Source: a virus
Taxonomy: Duplodnaviria > Caudoviricetes
Reading direction: 5' to 3' (one strand)
Virus record (IMG/VR): IMGVR_UViG_3300020463_000001
Coordinates: 136,734 to 200,733 of that record
Length of the DNA stretch: 64,000 nucleotides
Shown here piece by piece: positions 29,727-39,505 of the stretch; the first letter of the stretch is position 1; the number at the start of each line of letters is the position of its first letter. The notes under the pieces are model-generated. The model saw only the letters and a list, made by a program, of their open reading frames with translations. It did not search any database and was not told the DNA's origin. A program made the position numbers and the translations under genes.

Positions 29727-30331
29727 CAGAACAATTAGAAGAAGTTGAACTTGAATCAGAAGAGATAGAAATACCAACAGAACCATCGGCTGCAAAATCT
29801 TATATCTGTATGTGGGATGATGCATTGCCTCCCGATTACTGTGAGGAAACAATTGATCTTTTTAAGGAATCTATTCCGCGAAGAGTTGATGAAGAAAATT
29901 ACGGTTGCTTTGAACTTGATATTCTGGATGAAAATCTACTGAAAATTAAACCAAGATGGAAAGAAGTTTCTTATTTCGTACTGCAAAGACTCCAGCGATA
30001 TAGTGAAATATATCGACAATTTTATAACATTGAATTCTTCCCTTCGCAGGCTGTCAATGAACAACTGATGATGAGAAAGTATATTCCGACAGATGAGGTA
30101 GGGTATCATTCTGATGTTATGATTGATGACGAACACAAAAGATTTTTGACTGTAAACTTTTTTCTCAACAATACAGAAGACGGTCAATATACTCTGCCCG
30201 ACTATAATATCGGCGTAGAATCGCGCACAGGAAGAGTTCTTATACACCCTTCATTCTGGACTCATCCTTCCCAAATAACTCCCTCAAAGGAAGAACGATA
30301 CGTTATATCAACATTTTTGCGGTATCAGTAA
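29723..30331 (+). CDS. 2OG-Fe(II) oxygenase
   Basis: HxD (YHSD), LTVNFFLN, FWTH, RYVI. Confidence 0.8.
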   Translation: MTEQLEEVELESEEIEIPTEPSAAKSYICMWDDALPPDYCEETIDLFKESIPRRVDEENYGCFELDILDENLLKIKPRWKEVSYFVLQRLQRYSEIYRQFYNIEFFPSQAVNEQLMMRKYIPTDEVGYHSDVMIDDEHKRFLTVNFFLNNTEDGQYTLPDYNIGVESRTGRVLIHPSFWTHPSQITPSKEERYVISTFLRYQ

Positions 30332-30334
30332 TAT

Positions 30335-30342
30335 TATAAATA
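30335..30342 (+). promoter_or_regulatory. Late promoter TATAAATA
   Basis: Intergenic exact motif about 20 nt before the next ORF. Confidence 0.85.
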
Positions 30343-30361
30343 TTCTATTAAAGGAATATTT

Positions 30362-31618
30362 TTGATGCACGATTTTACTGATTTCTTAACGGAAGCGAAA
30401 GGTGGAAAAAATCTACACCTAGAACATATAGAAGAAGAAATCATCAATCATGGAATTGATGGTGGACGCGCTGCATTAAATTTTCTTCGTTCTCTTCGTA
30501 ATATGCTCGCCGGAACATCAGGTTCTAGAGTTAATATGACCGTTAAGTGGGACGGAGCTCCAGCAATATTCGCCGGAGTTGATCCATCAGACGGCAAGTT
30601 CTTTGTCGCAAAGAAAAGTGTTTTCAATGTCAACCCAATACTTTATAAGAGCATTAAAGATATTAATGATGATACTTTATCTGCCCAACTTGATTCCAAA
30701 TTCAAAATAGCATTTAATGAGTTCAAGAAACTCAATATCAAAGGTGTCATACAGGGAGACTTGATGTTCACCGATGATGTCTCTACTACCAAGATAGATG
30801 GTAAAACCTATTATACATTTCAACCAAACACTCTAGTATATGCTGCAGAAGTAAATTCTGATCTTGGTAAACAAATTAATAAGGCCAAGATTGGAGTAGT
30901 TTGGCACACCACATATAAAGGAAGTGATCTACAAGATATGTCTGCATCATTTGGTGTCAATATATCCGGACTTAAAAAGTCTTCTTCTGTTTGGATGGAC
31001 GATGCGACATATAAAGATGTCTCTGGTAGTGCGAAGTTTACTAAATCCGAAACCGATCAAGTGACTAAAATATTATCTGGCGTTGGAAGTTCATTCAGAA
31101 AAATTAAATCATCTGAATTAAGAAAGTTCTTATCTATGCAGGATAAGAGTTTTTCTAAGTCGAAGGTCGGCGGGTCATTCAAAACATATTTAAATCAATT
31201 CATCAAATCTGGGAATAATTTTTCTGTACAAAATGTCAAAAACCTAAATTATTCTATGTACGTTAAAAAGTATTACGATGAAAAAGTAATATCGAAATTG
31301 AAGTCTGCAAGGGGCAGAGAGGCAAAAGAACAAGAGAGAGATGAATTAGTAAAACAATTGATCTCGTATGATAAATTAATAATAAACTTGGTAGAATTCA
31401 TGCAAGGATTAGTTTCTGCGAAGTCAATTATTGTAACGAAGTTGAATAAAGTGAAACAACTTACCGATATCTTTATAAGAACTTCAACTGGATATGAAGT
31501 AAGTAATCCGGAAGGATATGTTGCTATTGATAGGAGTGGTAAGGGTGCGGTAAAACTGGTCGATAGATTAGAGTTTAGTTATAATAACTTTACTGCTGCG
31601 AAAAACTGGGATAAGTGA
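30362..31618 (+). CDS. Conserved T4-like protein with ATP-dependent ligase/nucleotidyltransferase motifs
   Basis: KWDG (motif I), IQGDLMF (III), EGYV (IV), VKLV (V); N-terminus MHDFTDFLTE. Confidence 0.6.
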   Translation: MMHDFTDFLTEAKGGKNLHLEHIEEEIINHGIDGGRAALNFLRSLRNMLAGTSGSRVNMTVKWDGAPAIFAGVDPSDGKFFVAKKSVFNVNPILYKSIKDINDDTLSAQLDSKFKIAFNEFKKLNIKGVIQGDLMFTDDVSTTKIDGKTYYTFQPNTLVYAAEVNSDLGKQINKAKIGVVWHTTYKGSDLQDMSASFGVNISGLKKSSSVWMDDATYKDVSGSAKFTKSETDQVTKILSGVGSSFRKIKSSELRKFLSMQDKSFSKSKVGGSFKTYLNQFIKSGNNFSVQNVKNLNYSMYVKKYYDEKVISKLKSARGREAKEQERDELVKQLISYDKLIINLVEFMQGLVSAKSIIVTKLNKVKQLTDIFIRTSTGYEVSNPEGYVAIDRSGKGAVKLVDRLEFSYNNFTAAKNWDK

Positions 31619-31619
31619 T

Positions 31620-32087
31620 ATGTACAAGTATAGAGTTGATGTGATAAAAGTTATTGATGGTGACACAGTAGATGTTGATATCGATTTAGGATTTGGTGTT
31701 TGGTTAAAGAAAGAACGAGTTAGATTATATGGAATTGACACTCCAGAGTCCAGAACCAGAGATTTAGAAGAAAAGAAATTTGGATTACTCGCAAAAGACT
31801 TCTTACAGGAAGCCTTAATGGGAGATAAATATGATGAGGTATTACTACAAACTCACAAAGACGAAAAGGGTAAGTTTGGTAGAATACTTGGTGAGTTTAT
31901 TGTAGTAGATAACGCTGGTCATCCTACGTTTGAAGTAGAATTAAATTTAAACGATATGATGATAGAACGCAAGATGGCGGTTGCCTATTACGGTCAGAGC
32001 AAAGATGATATTGAAGAAGGTCATCTAAAGAATAGAGAATACCTCTATGAGAATGGAACGGTAGAATTTGAAATTGCGGAAAGTTAA
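31620..32087 (+). CDS. Thermonuclease (SNase-like)
   Basis: KVIDGDTVDV, RVRLYGIDTPE, KFGRILG. Confidence 0.88.
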   Translation: MYKYRVDVIKVIDGDTVDVDIDLGFGVWLKKERVRLYGIDTPESRTRDLEEKKFGLLAKDFLQEALMGDKYDEVLLQTHKDEKGKFGRILGEFIVVDNAGHPTFEVELNLNDMMIERKMAVAYYGQSKDDIEEGHLKNREYLYENGTVEFEIAES

Positions 32088-33448
32088 TGAGAGATTATAA
32101 ACAAATATTCCTCAACGAGAAACTCAAGAGAGTTGCACAGGACAAAGATATCGAAGATAAAGAAGGTACTCAACCGAAGAAGTACTACGCTGGAGATATG
32201 TCTAAATCAACTAAAGATAAACGTGCAGCACACTTCAAAAAGAAGAAGTCTGGGCCTGCTCCAGGCGATGCTGGTGCGAAAACAAAACCATCCAAACATA
32301 CATTAAAGTATAAGAAGATGTATGGTGAGGAAGAGAACGAAGCAGTATCTCCTGCCCAACAGGCAGCGATTGCCATTGCAAAAAAAGAAAAGAAAAAACA
32401 ACAAGAGAAACTTGATCCTAAGAAGGATGATGCCGGAGATTATATAGACGATTTCCGCAAGTCAGACGCTCCTCAGTTTAAGGGTAAGTCTGACAAAAAG
32501 ATTCAAAAGATGGCCATCGCAGCATATCTCAAAGACAAAGAAAAATCAGAAGAAGTAGATTTAGAAGAAGGCATAAATGATCCTTCTATATTCAAGGCAG
32601 TATTCCTCGCAGGAGGGCCCGGATCCGGTAAATCATTCATTGTAGGTCAAACTGGACTGGTTGCGCTTGGCATGAAACTTGTTAATTCAGATCCAGCATT
32701 TGAGAAGTTACTCAAGAAAGCAGGATTATCAACAACTCCAGATGATATAATGTCGCCGCAAGGACAAGCAGTCAGAGGTAAAGCAACTAAGCTGACAGAC
32801 ATTCAGAAGTCAATGTATATTAAGGGAAGATTGGGACTTGTCATCGACGGAACTGGGAAGAACTTCAAGAAGATATTAACACAAAAGAGATACTTAGATC
32901 AACTAGGATATGACTCTGCAATGATTTTTGTCAACACAGATCTTGAGACTGCATTAGAAAGAAACCGAAATCGTCCAAGACAATTGCCAGACGCAGAAGT
33001 AGAAAAGATGTGGAAGGGAGTTCAGAAGAATATCGGTAGATTCCAGAACACATTTAAGACAAATTTTTATGTGGTGGACAACTCTGACGGTGCAGATTTC
33101 GCAAGAGACTCAAAGAGAGTTTATAAAGATATTAAAACTTGGTCTACTAAACCTCCCAAGAATAGTATCGGCAAAGATTGGATAACTCAGGTGAAGAAAC
33201 AAAGAGGTATCAAGGAGGATTATTCTATGGACATATATGAAGATCAAGAATCGAAGATGGCATTAACTCAACTCAGAGCCCTCGCAGATAAAGCAGAACA
33301 ACTCTCAGATGAACTAATTGGTCTTCTGCGTGATTCTCCTAATCAGGATATCGAATTGGACGCATGGGTTCAGGCAAAGATTACTAAGGCAAGTGATTAT
33401 ATGACATCCGTCTATGATTACATGATGTATTCGGAGAAAGAAGATTGA
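32087..33448 (+). CDS. Multidomain protein with central P-loop kinase (PNK/zeta-toxin-like)
   Basis: AVFLAGGPGSGKS, VIDGTG, lid ALERNRNR; preceded by EEVDLEE linker. Confidence 0.7.
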   Translation: MRDYKQIFLNEKLKRVAQDKDIEDKEGTQPKKYYAGDMSKSTKDKRAAHFKKKKSGPAPGDAGAKTKPSKHTLKYKKMYGEEENEAVSPAQQAAIAIAKKEKKKQQEKLDPKKDDAGDYIDDFRKSDAPQFKGKSDKKIQKMAIAAYLKDKEKSEEVDLEEGINDPSIFKAVFLAGGPGSGKSFIVGQTGLVALGMKLVNSDPAFEKLLKKAGLSTTPDDIMSPQGQAVRGKATKLTDIQKSMYIKGRLGLVIDGTGKNFKKILTQKRYLDQLGYDSAMIFVNTDLETALERNRNRPRQLPDAEVEKMWKGVQKNIGRFQNTFKTNFYVVDNSDGADFARDSKRVYKDIKTWSTKPPKNSIGKDWITQVKKQRGIKEDYSMDIYEDQESKMALTQLRALADKAEQLSDELIGLLRDSPNQDIELDAWVQAKITKASDYMTSVYDYMMYSEKED

Positions 33449-33768
33449 AAGACTTTAAACAATACATGACAGAAAAAGTCAAGGTAGAAGTACAGAATCC
33501 ACAAAGTCTTGAAGATTTCGAAGATCCTCAAGTATACTTTAATGGAATATATACATATAGTACTCTCAATATGAAGTTGAGGGGTTATGTGGATCAACTA
33601 TCTCGCGCAGTCAAAATGAAAAACTGGAAACAAGCCGGAAGTCTTATGGAGAAGGGTGGGATGTCTATGAATATTCCAGACCTCATAGAAGCAATTGAAC
33701 AAGTTGAAAAGGAAATGGGTTCTAGGACATGGAAATCCAAGAGAACCAAAATGAAAAAGAAAGGATAA
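33445..33768 (+). CDS. Hypothetical, capsid-targeting-like N-terminus
   Basis: MKDFKQYMTE. Confidence 0.6.
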   Translation: MKDFKQYMTEKVKVEVQNPQSLEDFEDPQVYFNGIYTYSTLNMKLRGYVDQLSRAVKMKNWKQAGSLMEKGGMSMNIPDLIEAIEQVEKEMGSRTWKSKRTKMKKKG

Positions 33769-33771
33769 ATT

Positions 33772-33948
33772 ATGTGTGTTAGTGAAAAACAAGATTTAGT
33801 AAATACTCTGAGAAGAGAAATTGCTTATGCAGAGTCACAGGTTCGTCCATCTGCGACAGGAAATATTATTACCGCAATCAGTTGGATGAAAACTAGAGTG
33901 GAAGAATTAGAAACACAACTCAACGAAGAGTACTTGGAAGCAATGTAA
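33772..33948 (+). CDS. Small hypothetical, 58 aa (absent from ORF track)
   Basis: ATG after AAGGA; MCVSEKQDLVNTLRREI...; stop overlaps the next ATG (TAATG). Confidence 0.6.
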   Translation: MCVSEKQDLVNTLRREIAYAESQVRPSATGNIITAISWMKTRVEELETQLNEEYLEAM

Positions 33949-34499
33949 TGAAAAGTTTCGCGTCTTACAATAAGACTATATGTGAAGATTGCAGCGAAGC
34001 AATCCGATTTCATTTAGAGAATGATATACCATTCCTAGAGAATATATTTCGTATGGGTTCTGAAGGATTTTTTGAATTCTTTATAGAGGCCAAAGGATTA
34101 TATCATGAAGGTAAATTAGAACACCTAAATGAATCCGACATAGAGATATTAAATACCGACATAGGAGACTTTGCGGAGTTTGAAGGCGAAGAAGTCCCAC
34201 TGGATTTACCTATGTCAGAAGAAGAAAAAGATGTGGAACTGAATAAACCCAAGAGAGGCGGCAGTAAAAAATATTATGTTTATGTTAAGAATGATAAAGG
34301 AAATGTTATAAAGATTTCGTTTGGTGATGATACTGGACTCTCTGCAAAAATCAATGACCCCGAAGCAAGAAAATCCTTTAATGCTAGGCATAAATGTGCT
34401 CAAAAGAACGACAAAACAAAGGCCGGATACTGGGCTTGTCGTTTACCGAAGTATGCTAAATCATTGGGACTTTCTGGCGGGGGTAACTTCTTTTGGTAG
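33948..34499 (+). CDS. Conserved hypothetical
   Basis: KKYYVYVKN..KISFGD..ARKSFNARHKC..AGYWAC. Confidence 0.65.
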   Translation: MKSFASYNKTICEDCSEAIRFHLENDIPFLENIFRMGSEGFFEFFIEAKGLYHEGKLEHLNESDIEILNTDIGDFAEFEGEEVPLDLPMSEEEKDVELNKPKRGGSKKYYVYVKNDKGNVIKISFGDDTGLSAKINDPEARKSFNARHKCAQKNDKTKAGYWACRLPKYAKSLGLSGGGNFFW

Positions 34500-34768
34500 A
34501 ACCATACGTTCAAACCTCAATAACATCAAATAAATTCCTCAGAACATTCCCAGAAACAGTCGATGAAGATTCTCTCGTATGGCATAGAGATATAAACACA
34601 AGACACATGAGAGTAATAGAAGTAGGAGATTGGTATTTTCAGAAAGATAATATTTTACCAGCAAAGTTAAAATTTGATGATGAGTTTATTATATGGGAAA
34701 TGGAATATCATAGGTTAATAAAAAAAAGTGGCCACCTTATTATCGAAATTACTGAGTTCCGGAAATAA
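34493..34768 (+). CDS. Hypothetical (cupin-like candidate)
   Basis: R.F.E.VDE..LVWHRD..W.FQ.DN.LP..HRLIK. Confidence 0.55.
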   Translation: MVEPYVQTSITSNKFLRTFPETVDEDSLVWHRDINTRHMRVIEVGDWYFQKDNILPAKLKFDDEFIIWEMEYHRLIKKSGHLIIEITEFRK

Positions 34769-34790
34769 CGAACAGATAAATACAAGTACT

Positions 34791-35207
34791 ATGAGTAAAG
34801 AATACAAATACGAAGATATAGATTACGGTTTCACTGCCGTCGATGAAGACGAACTTGCGGAACTCCGATCTGCGCCTCAAGAAGTCTCGGTCAAGATTGA
34901 CGGTGTAGATAGTGAAATACAAAATCTTGGTATCAAAATACAAGAATTAGTAGAACTTCAGACAGATATTATGTCTGAGTTGGTCGATACGAAACAACTG
35001 TATCAGGAAAAACTGAGCGGATTAGATATAACCAGTGAAGTTACGGAAGATAAGTTAATGAAAGTAGAAAAACTTATTATGCCACTTCTTTATAATTTAT
35101 TGAAGAACAAAGAGAAAGATTATATTTACTGGCCCAATCGTGAACCGATTATCAAAACTCAGATAGAAAAGATACTTGAAATAACAAGGACTTCCGATGA
35201 AGGATAA
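34791..35207 (+). CDS. Conserved hypothetical coiled-coil protein
   Basis: IDYGFTAVDEDEL..PLLYNLLKN.EKDYIYWPNR. Confidence 0.6.
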   Translation: MSKEYKYEDIDYGFTAVDEDELAELRSAPQEVSVKIDGVDSEIQNLGIKIQELVELQTDIMSELVDTKQLYQEKLSGLDITSEVTEDKLMKVEKLIMPLLYNLLKNKEKDYIYWPNREPIIKTQIEKILEITRTSDEG

Positions 35208-36201
35208 AGTAGTCTTCACATTCGGAAGATTTAATCCTCCAACAATAGGACATGAGAAGTTGTTGGATAAAGTCTATGCGGTTGCTTCTAGAGAGGGGGC
35301 TGATTTCTTGGTGTTCCCTAGTCACTCTCAAAACCCAAAGAAAGATCCATTGGATTTCAGATCCAAGGTCAAATTTATGAAGAAGATGTTTCCGAAGTAT
35401 TCTAAGAACATTATGTCAAATAATAAAGTCAAGACTGCGTTTAATGCTGTCAGTCTTCTTCATGAACTGGGATACAAAGAAGCGTTAATGGTTGTGGGTG
35501 GAGATAGAGTATCAGAGTTTAATAGTGTCCTTAATAAGTATAATGGAGTTGAAGGCAGACATGGTTTCTATGACTTCGAAGGTGGAATCAAAATAGTATC
35601 TGCAGGAGAAAGAGATCCAGATGCGGAAGGTGTCTCCGGTATGTCTGCGTCTAAGATGAGAACAGCCGCTGCAGCAAATGACTATGACTCGTTTAAAAAT
35701 GGATTGCCATCTAAGTTTAGAGGCGGAGACCTTCTATTTAAAATGTTGCGTAAGGCAATGAAAGTAGAAGAAACAGAATTAGGAATATTTCTTGGTTCTG
35801 ATGTTAATACTTTCAGAGAATTTATAGAGTCTCCTACAGTAGAATCTATAGAAGTATTTAATGATAAGGAACTCATACAAGAATTTTATACCCCAGTTAA
35901 TCTACAGAAGAGAGAATCATCTATCTCAGGTTTCAAGTCTTTTCTTAGCGAAGAGAATGTCGAAGAAGATTTTACTAATATTCCTTGGATTGATGATACT
36001 CTAGATAGATTGTTTAGAAGAAGTAGATATAAGATGGCGCTTCAATACTTTTTCAAGTTTTACGACAAAGATCCACAACATAATTCTAGAAATGCGTTAG
36101 ATAGGGCCTCTAAAGTTTTGGGATTAGAACCTTTACCTCTTCAAAAATATGTCATATCTTTAATTAAAAAAGGTAAGATCCCGAAAAAGTACTCTTTCTA
36201 A
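35197..36201 (+). CDS. Cytidyltransferase-like (HIGH-family nucleotidyltransferase)
   Basis: FTFGRFNPPTIGHEKL, VVGGDR, SAGERDPD..GMSASKMR. Confidence 0.85.
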   Translation: MKDKVVFTFGRFNPPTIGHEKLLDKVYAVASREGADFLVFPSHSQNPKKDPLDFRSKVKFMKKMFPKYSKNIMSNNKVKTAFNAVSLLHELGYKEALMVVGGDRVSEFNSVLNKYNGVEGRHGFYDFEGGIKIVSAGERDPDAEGVSGMSASKMRTAAAANDYDSFKNGLPSKFRGGDLLFKMLRKAMKVEETELGIFLGSDVNTFREFIESPTVESIEVFNDKELIQEFYTPVNLQKRESSISGFKSFLSEENVEEDFTNIPWIDDTLDRLFRRSRYKMALQYFFKFYDKDPQHNSRNALDRASKVLGLEPLPLQKYVISLIKKGKIPKKYSF

Positions 36202-36205
36202 AAAT

Positions 36206-36213
36206 TATAAATA
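36206..36213 (+). promoter_or_regulatory. Late promoter TATAAATA
   Basis: Intergenic exact motif. Confidence 0.85.
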
Positions 36214-36233
36214 TTGAGGATAAATATACCTAA

Positions 36234-39116
36234 ATGGGGATCGTTATGGAATCTGGTCACAATTCATTCAAAAATTTCCTTGAGTGGCATAAGAAAGAAG
36301 GCGCAGAAAGAAGAGTCCGTGGTGGAGATAAGAGGAAACCTCATAACAAAGAGTTAGAGGAATCTGATGAAGCACTTAAAGGCAAAGCCGAAAAAAGTGG
36401 TATCTCTCTTGGAATTCTAAAACAAGTCTACAATCGTGGAATGGCTGCATACAAGACAGGTCATCGCCCCGGCACAACTGCACAACAATGGGCACTTGCC
36501 CGTGTCAACTCCTTTATCACCAAAGGAAAAGGAACATGGGGTGGTGCGGATAAAGATCTCGCTGCTAAAGTCGGTGGTGGAACCAAGAAAGAACAAGCTC
36601 CTTGTTGGGATGGATATAAACAAATAGGAATGAAAAAGAAAGGGAACAAGATGGTTCCCGATTGTGTCCCAGAGTCTTTTAGTGGAGCAGAGAAACAACC
36701 ATTCAAATCCAAGGCTGGTGCTGGAGAATTTGCATCCAAAGAACTAGAAAAGAAATATCGCAAAGGAACTCCTGGCCAACCAAAGAAAAAGATTGAAGAT
36801 GCCACGATAACAGAAAAACTAGATTATGATTTGTATCACAAAACATTTTCTGCCGCAATGCAACATTCTTACAAGGTGGCAAAGAAAAGAGGATTCAAAG
36901 TATCTGCAGATTCGATAGATACACAGGTCGCATTTGGCCCTCGCAAACCATCAAACGGAAAGATGAACAGTTATCATTTAGACTTGGATGGAGAAAGAAA
37001 TAAGAAACTTCGCGTTCAAGTATACAACACCGGAAAGTCATACGAACTGAATATGTATATTGAGTCTATGGAACTTAATGAGAGAATGTCCAGAAAAGAC
37101 TTTGAAAAACTGAAGAAAGGCGATAAGGTAGAAATAAATTACGGTAGCACCATGTCTGGTTCTACGACTAGAGAGTTTTCTGTAGTCAATAGATCCAGAA
37201 GTGCGAAGTATGATGTTGATAAGATAAGACTACAACCGACAGACAAGACTGGCGGAATGAAATTCTTTCTCTATAGCAGAAAGGGTGGAGATGCCACCCT
37301 CGCACTTGGAGATATGGGCGCATCCATTAAGAGTTATAGATTGACAGAAGAAGTCGAACTTCGAGAGAAGAAGTACAGTCCTTCTGATGAAAAGAAAATC
37401 CAAAAAACAATTAGTATTATGAAGAAGTATCCAGACAATAAAAAGAAGTCGGATAAAGAATTAAGAGACGGTGCGATTGAATATCTATTCCACAATAGAA
37501 CTATGAAAAGAAAGAAGGTAGAAACTACAGAAGGTTTCACCACATCACAGATTGGTAAACTGAAGAAGGCATACTCTACTGTTTCTACTGTAGATCCTAC
37601 TAGTTCTTCTTATAAAAAATTAACAAAGATGATTAAGTCTCAGGATAAAGAAGCTCTGACTCAAATTGCAAAGGCAAAGGTTAACTTTGTCTCTCAGATA
37701 GCTGCAACAGAACTTCGAAGAACTCACAACATTAAACTGAAGGCTTCTGAATTTATGGAGGAAATTGAGATGAATGAGTCAGAATTTAAGACTGTCAAAG
37801 GAAAAGATGGTAAGAAGTATGACGTTAAGATTTCTATGGACGGCAAAAAGTTCAAGTTTAGAGTGACGGATAAGACCGGAAATGTAGGCGCATTTAAGGT
37901 TATATCTCTAGGCCAGGCTGCAAAACTCTTTGAGAACCTAGAAGAACTTATAGATATCACTGAAGAAAGTGGTATCGAACTTGCTCGTAAAATTGTTGAC
38001 AGAAAACAACACATGAAGGGAATTGATTTGACCACTGCTGGTCTTATTCTACAAGTTTATGATAAAGTAAACGATAAGAATAAATCGAAGATGGAGAAGA
38101 TGTCTGGAAAACAACTTGCTTCTGTTGTCTACAAAATGCTTTCTAAAGAAGAAGTTCAAGAGGAACATGATATGTATGGATATAAATTATTCAATGAAGA
38201 AGTTGAACTTGATGAGAAATTGAAAGTTGGGGATAAGGTCAAGTTCAAGAAAGGCATCGACCCAAAGACTGCTAGAAGTTATGGAGACGCAATAAGGAAG
38301 TCTGGCAAGGTTGTGAAGGACTACGGTGATGGTGATGTCAAAGTAAACTTTGGTGGTAATAATGATAAGTCTGTTGATGCTAAACTATTAGTAAAAGAAG
38401 AAGTAGAACTAGAAGAAGCGACAGGAAAAGAAATTGCTGCACTCATGAAGAAATCCAAGACTATGAAAGGATTTGCTGCTAAAGTTGCGAAGATGAAGAC
38501 TGTCACCGTAGATGATCTAGAAGATATGCTTCCCGATTATGTTTCTGGTGGAGATATCAGAAAGATGTTCGAAGCTCATTGTAGTTCTAAGAAAATGAAG
38601 AAAGAAGGAATTACCGATGAAGATGTTGCACAGTTTATTGGTGCCGCGTCTGCTGCTAAGAAGGCTGGAAAGAAAAATTTCTCATTTGGTGGTAAGTCTT
38701 ATCCAGTAACGATCTCTGGAGATACTGCAAAGAAGGTTCTTGAGGACTCTCTTGAGGAATCCTTGCAAGAAAAGATGGATCCTACAGAACACGTTGAGAA
38801 AAATAAAGAAACTGGGATGTATTGTGTCTATGATGCCAACGGGAAGAAAGTAAAAGAATTTGAGGATAAGGAAGAAGCAGATGACTATGCTATCAAGAAT
38901 CACGAAAAATTGATGGCTGTAAAGGAGTCTAAATATACAGACATAGAAGAATTAATTGAGTCTTCTGATAAAAAAGACGCAGCAGAGATGTCGAAGTTAG
39001 TGAAAGAATTGCAACCAAAAATTTCTAACTCTGAATTGAAGAAAGAGGTTCATGCAATGGCAATGGAAAAATATAAGAACAAAACTAGAGCGAAGAAGAT
39101 CGCCAGTTTTGCATAA
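36234..39116 (+). CDS. Large Lys/Glu-rich internal head protein candidate
   Basis: 960 aa of short domains separated by EEVELxE-type linkers; late promoter upstream. Confidence 0.6.
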   Translation: MGIVMESGHNSFKNFLEWHKKEGAERRVRGGDKRKPHNKELEESDEALKGKAEKSGISLGILKQVYNRGMAAYKTGHRPGTTAQQWALARVNSFITKGKGTWGGADKDLAAKVGGGTKKEQAPCWDGYKQIGMKKKGNKMVPDCVPESFSGAEKQPFKSKAGAGEFASKELEKKYRKGTPGQPKKKIEDATITEKLDYDLYHKTFSAAMQHSYKVAKKRGFKVSADSIDTQVAFGPRKPSNGKMNSYHLDLDGERNKKLRVQVYNTGKSYELNMYIESMELNERMSRKDFEKLKKGDKVEINYGSTMSGSTTREFSVVNRSRSAKYDVDKIRLQPTDKTGGMKFFLYSRKGGDATLALGDMGASIKSYRLTEEVELREKKYSPSDEKKIQKTISIMKKYPDNKKKSDKELRDGAIEYLFHNRTMKRKKVETTEGFTTSQIGKLKKAYSTVSTVDPTSSSYKKLTKMIKSQDKEALTQIAKAKVNFVSQIAATELRRTHNIKLKASEFMEEIEMNESEFKTVKGKDGKKYDVKISMDGKKFKFRVTDKTGNVGAFKVISLGQAAKLFENLEELIDITEESGIELARKIVDRKQHMKGIDLTTAGLILQVYDKVNDKNKSKMEKMSGKQLASVVYKMLSKEEVQEEHDMYGYKLFNEEVELDEKLKVGDKVKFKKGIDPKTARSYGDAIRKSGKVVKDYGDGDVKVNFGGNNDKSVDAKLLVKEEVELEEATGKEIAALMKKSKTMKGFAAKVAKMKTVTVDDLEDMLPDYVSGGDIRKMFEAHCSSKKMKKEGITDEDVAQFIGAASAAKKAGKKNFSFGGKSYPVTISGDTAKKVLEDSLEESLQEKMDPTEHVEKNKETGMYCVYDANGKKVKEFEDKEEADDYAIKNHEKLMAVKESKYTDIEELIESSDKKDAAEMSKLVKELQPKISNSELKKEVHAMAMEKYKNKTRAKKIASFA

Positions 39117-39126
39117 GTGAGGTATC

Positions 39127-39486
39127 ATGGGTAAGTTTACGCCGCCTAAGTGGGCAAAATTCGCAGTCGCGACAGATAAGGGATGGGAAGATTCCAGAAC
39201 TGGAGAACTCTTAGTTTCTATGAGAAACTTAAAGACCGATATGGAAGCCGCCGCAGCACCTGTCGTTGCAGAACCAGAGCCTGTTGAAGAACCAGTGGTC
39301 GAAGAGAAACCCAAGAAGAAACGCGAACAGAAAAATCATTTCGCAGCAAAACCAGAATCGCCAGACTTTGAATCAATGACAAAAGAAGAACTGGAACTCT
39401 GGGCAAGAGAACACATAGATGTCGAGTTGGACAGAAGAAAGACTAAGAAAAGTCTTATCGAAGAAATACAGGAAAATTTAAAGTAG
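39127..39486 (+). CDS. Hypothetical
   Basis: C-terminal MTKEELELWAREH..ELDRRKTKKSLIEEI (Rho-N/HeH-like). Confidence 0.55.
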   Translation: MGKFTPPKWAKFAVATDKGWEDSRTGELLVSMRNLKTDMEAAAAPVVAEPEPVEEPVVEEKPKKKREQKNHFAAKPESPDFESMTKEELELWAREHIDVELDRRKTKKSLIEEIQENLK

Positions 39487-39505
39487 AAATACTTTAGGAG
39501 GAAAA

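Noticed and set aside
32087-33448. Zeta toxin-antitoxin system
   Set aside because: The P-loop kinase is embedded in a late multidomain protein with no epsilon-like antitoxin; only kinase-family membership is supported.
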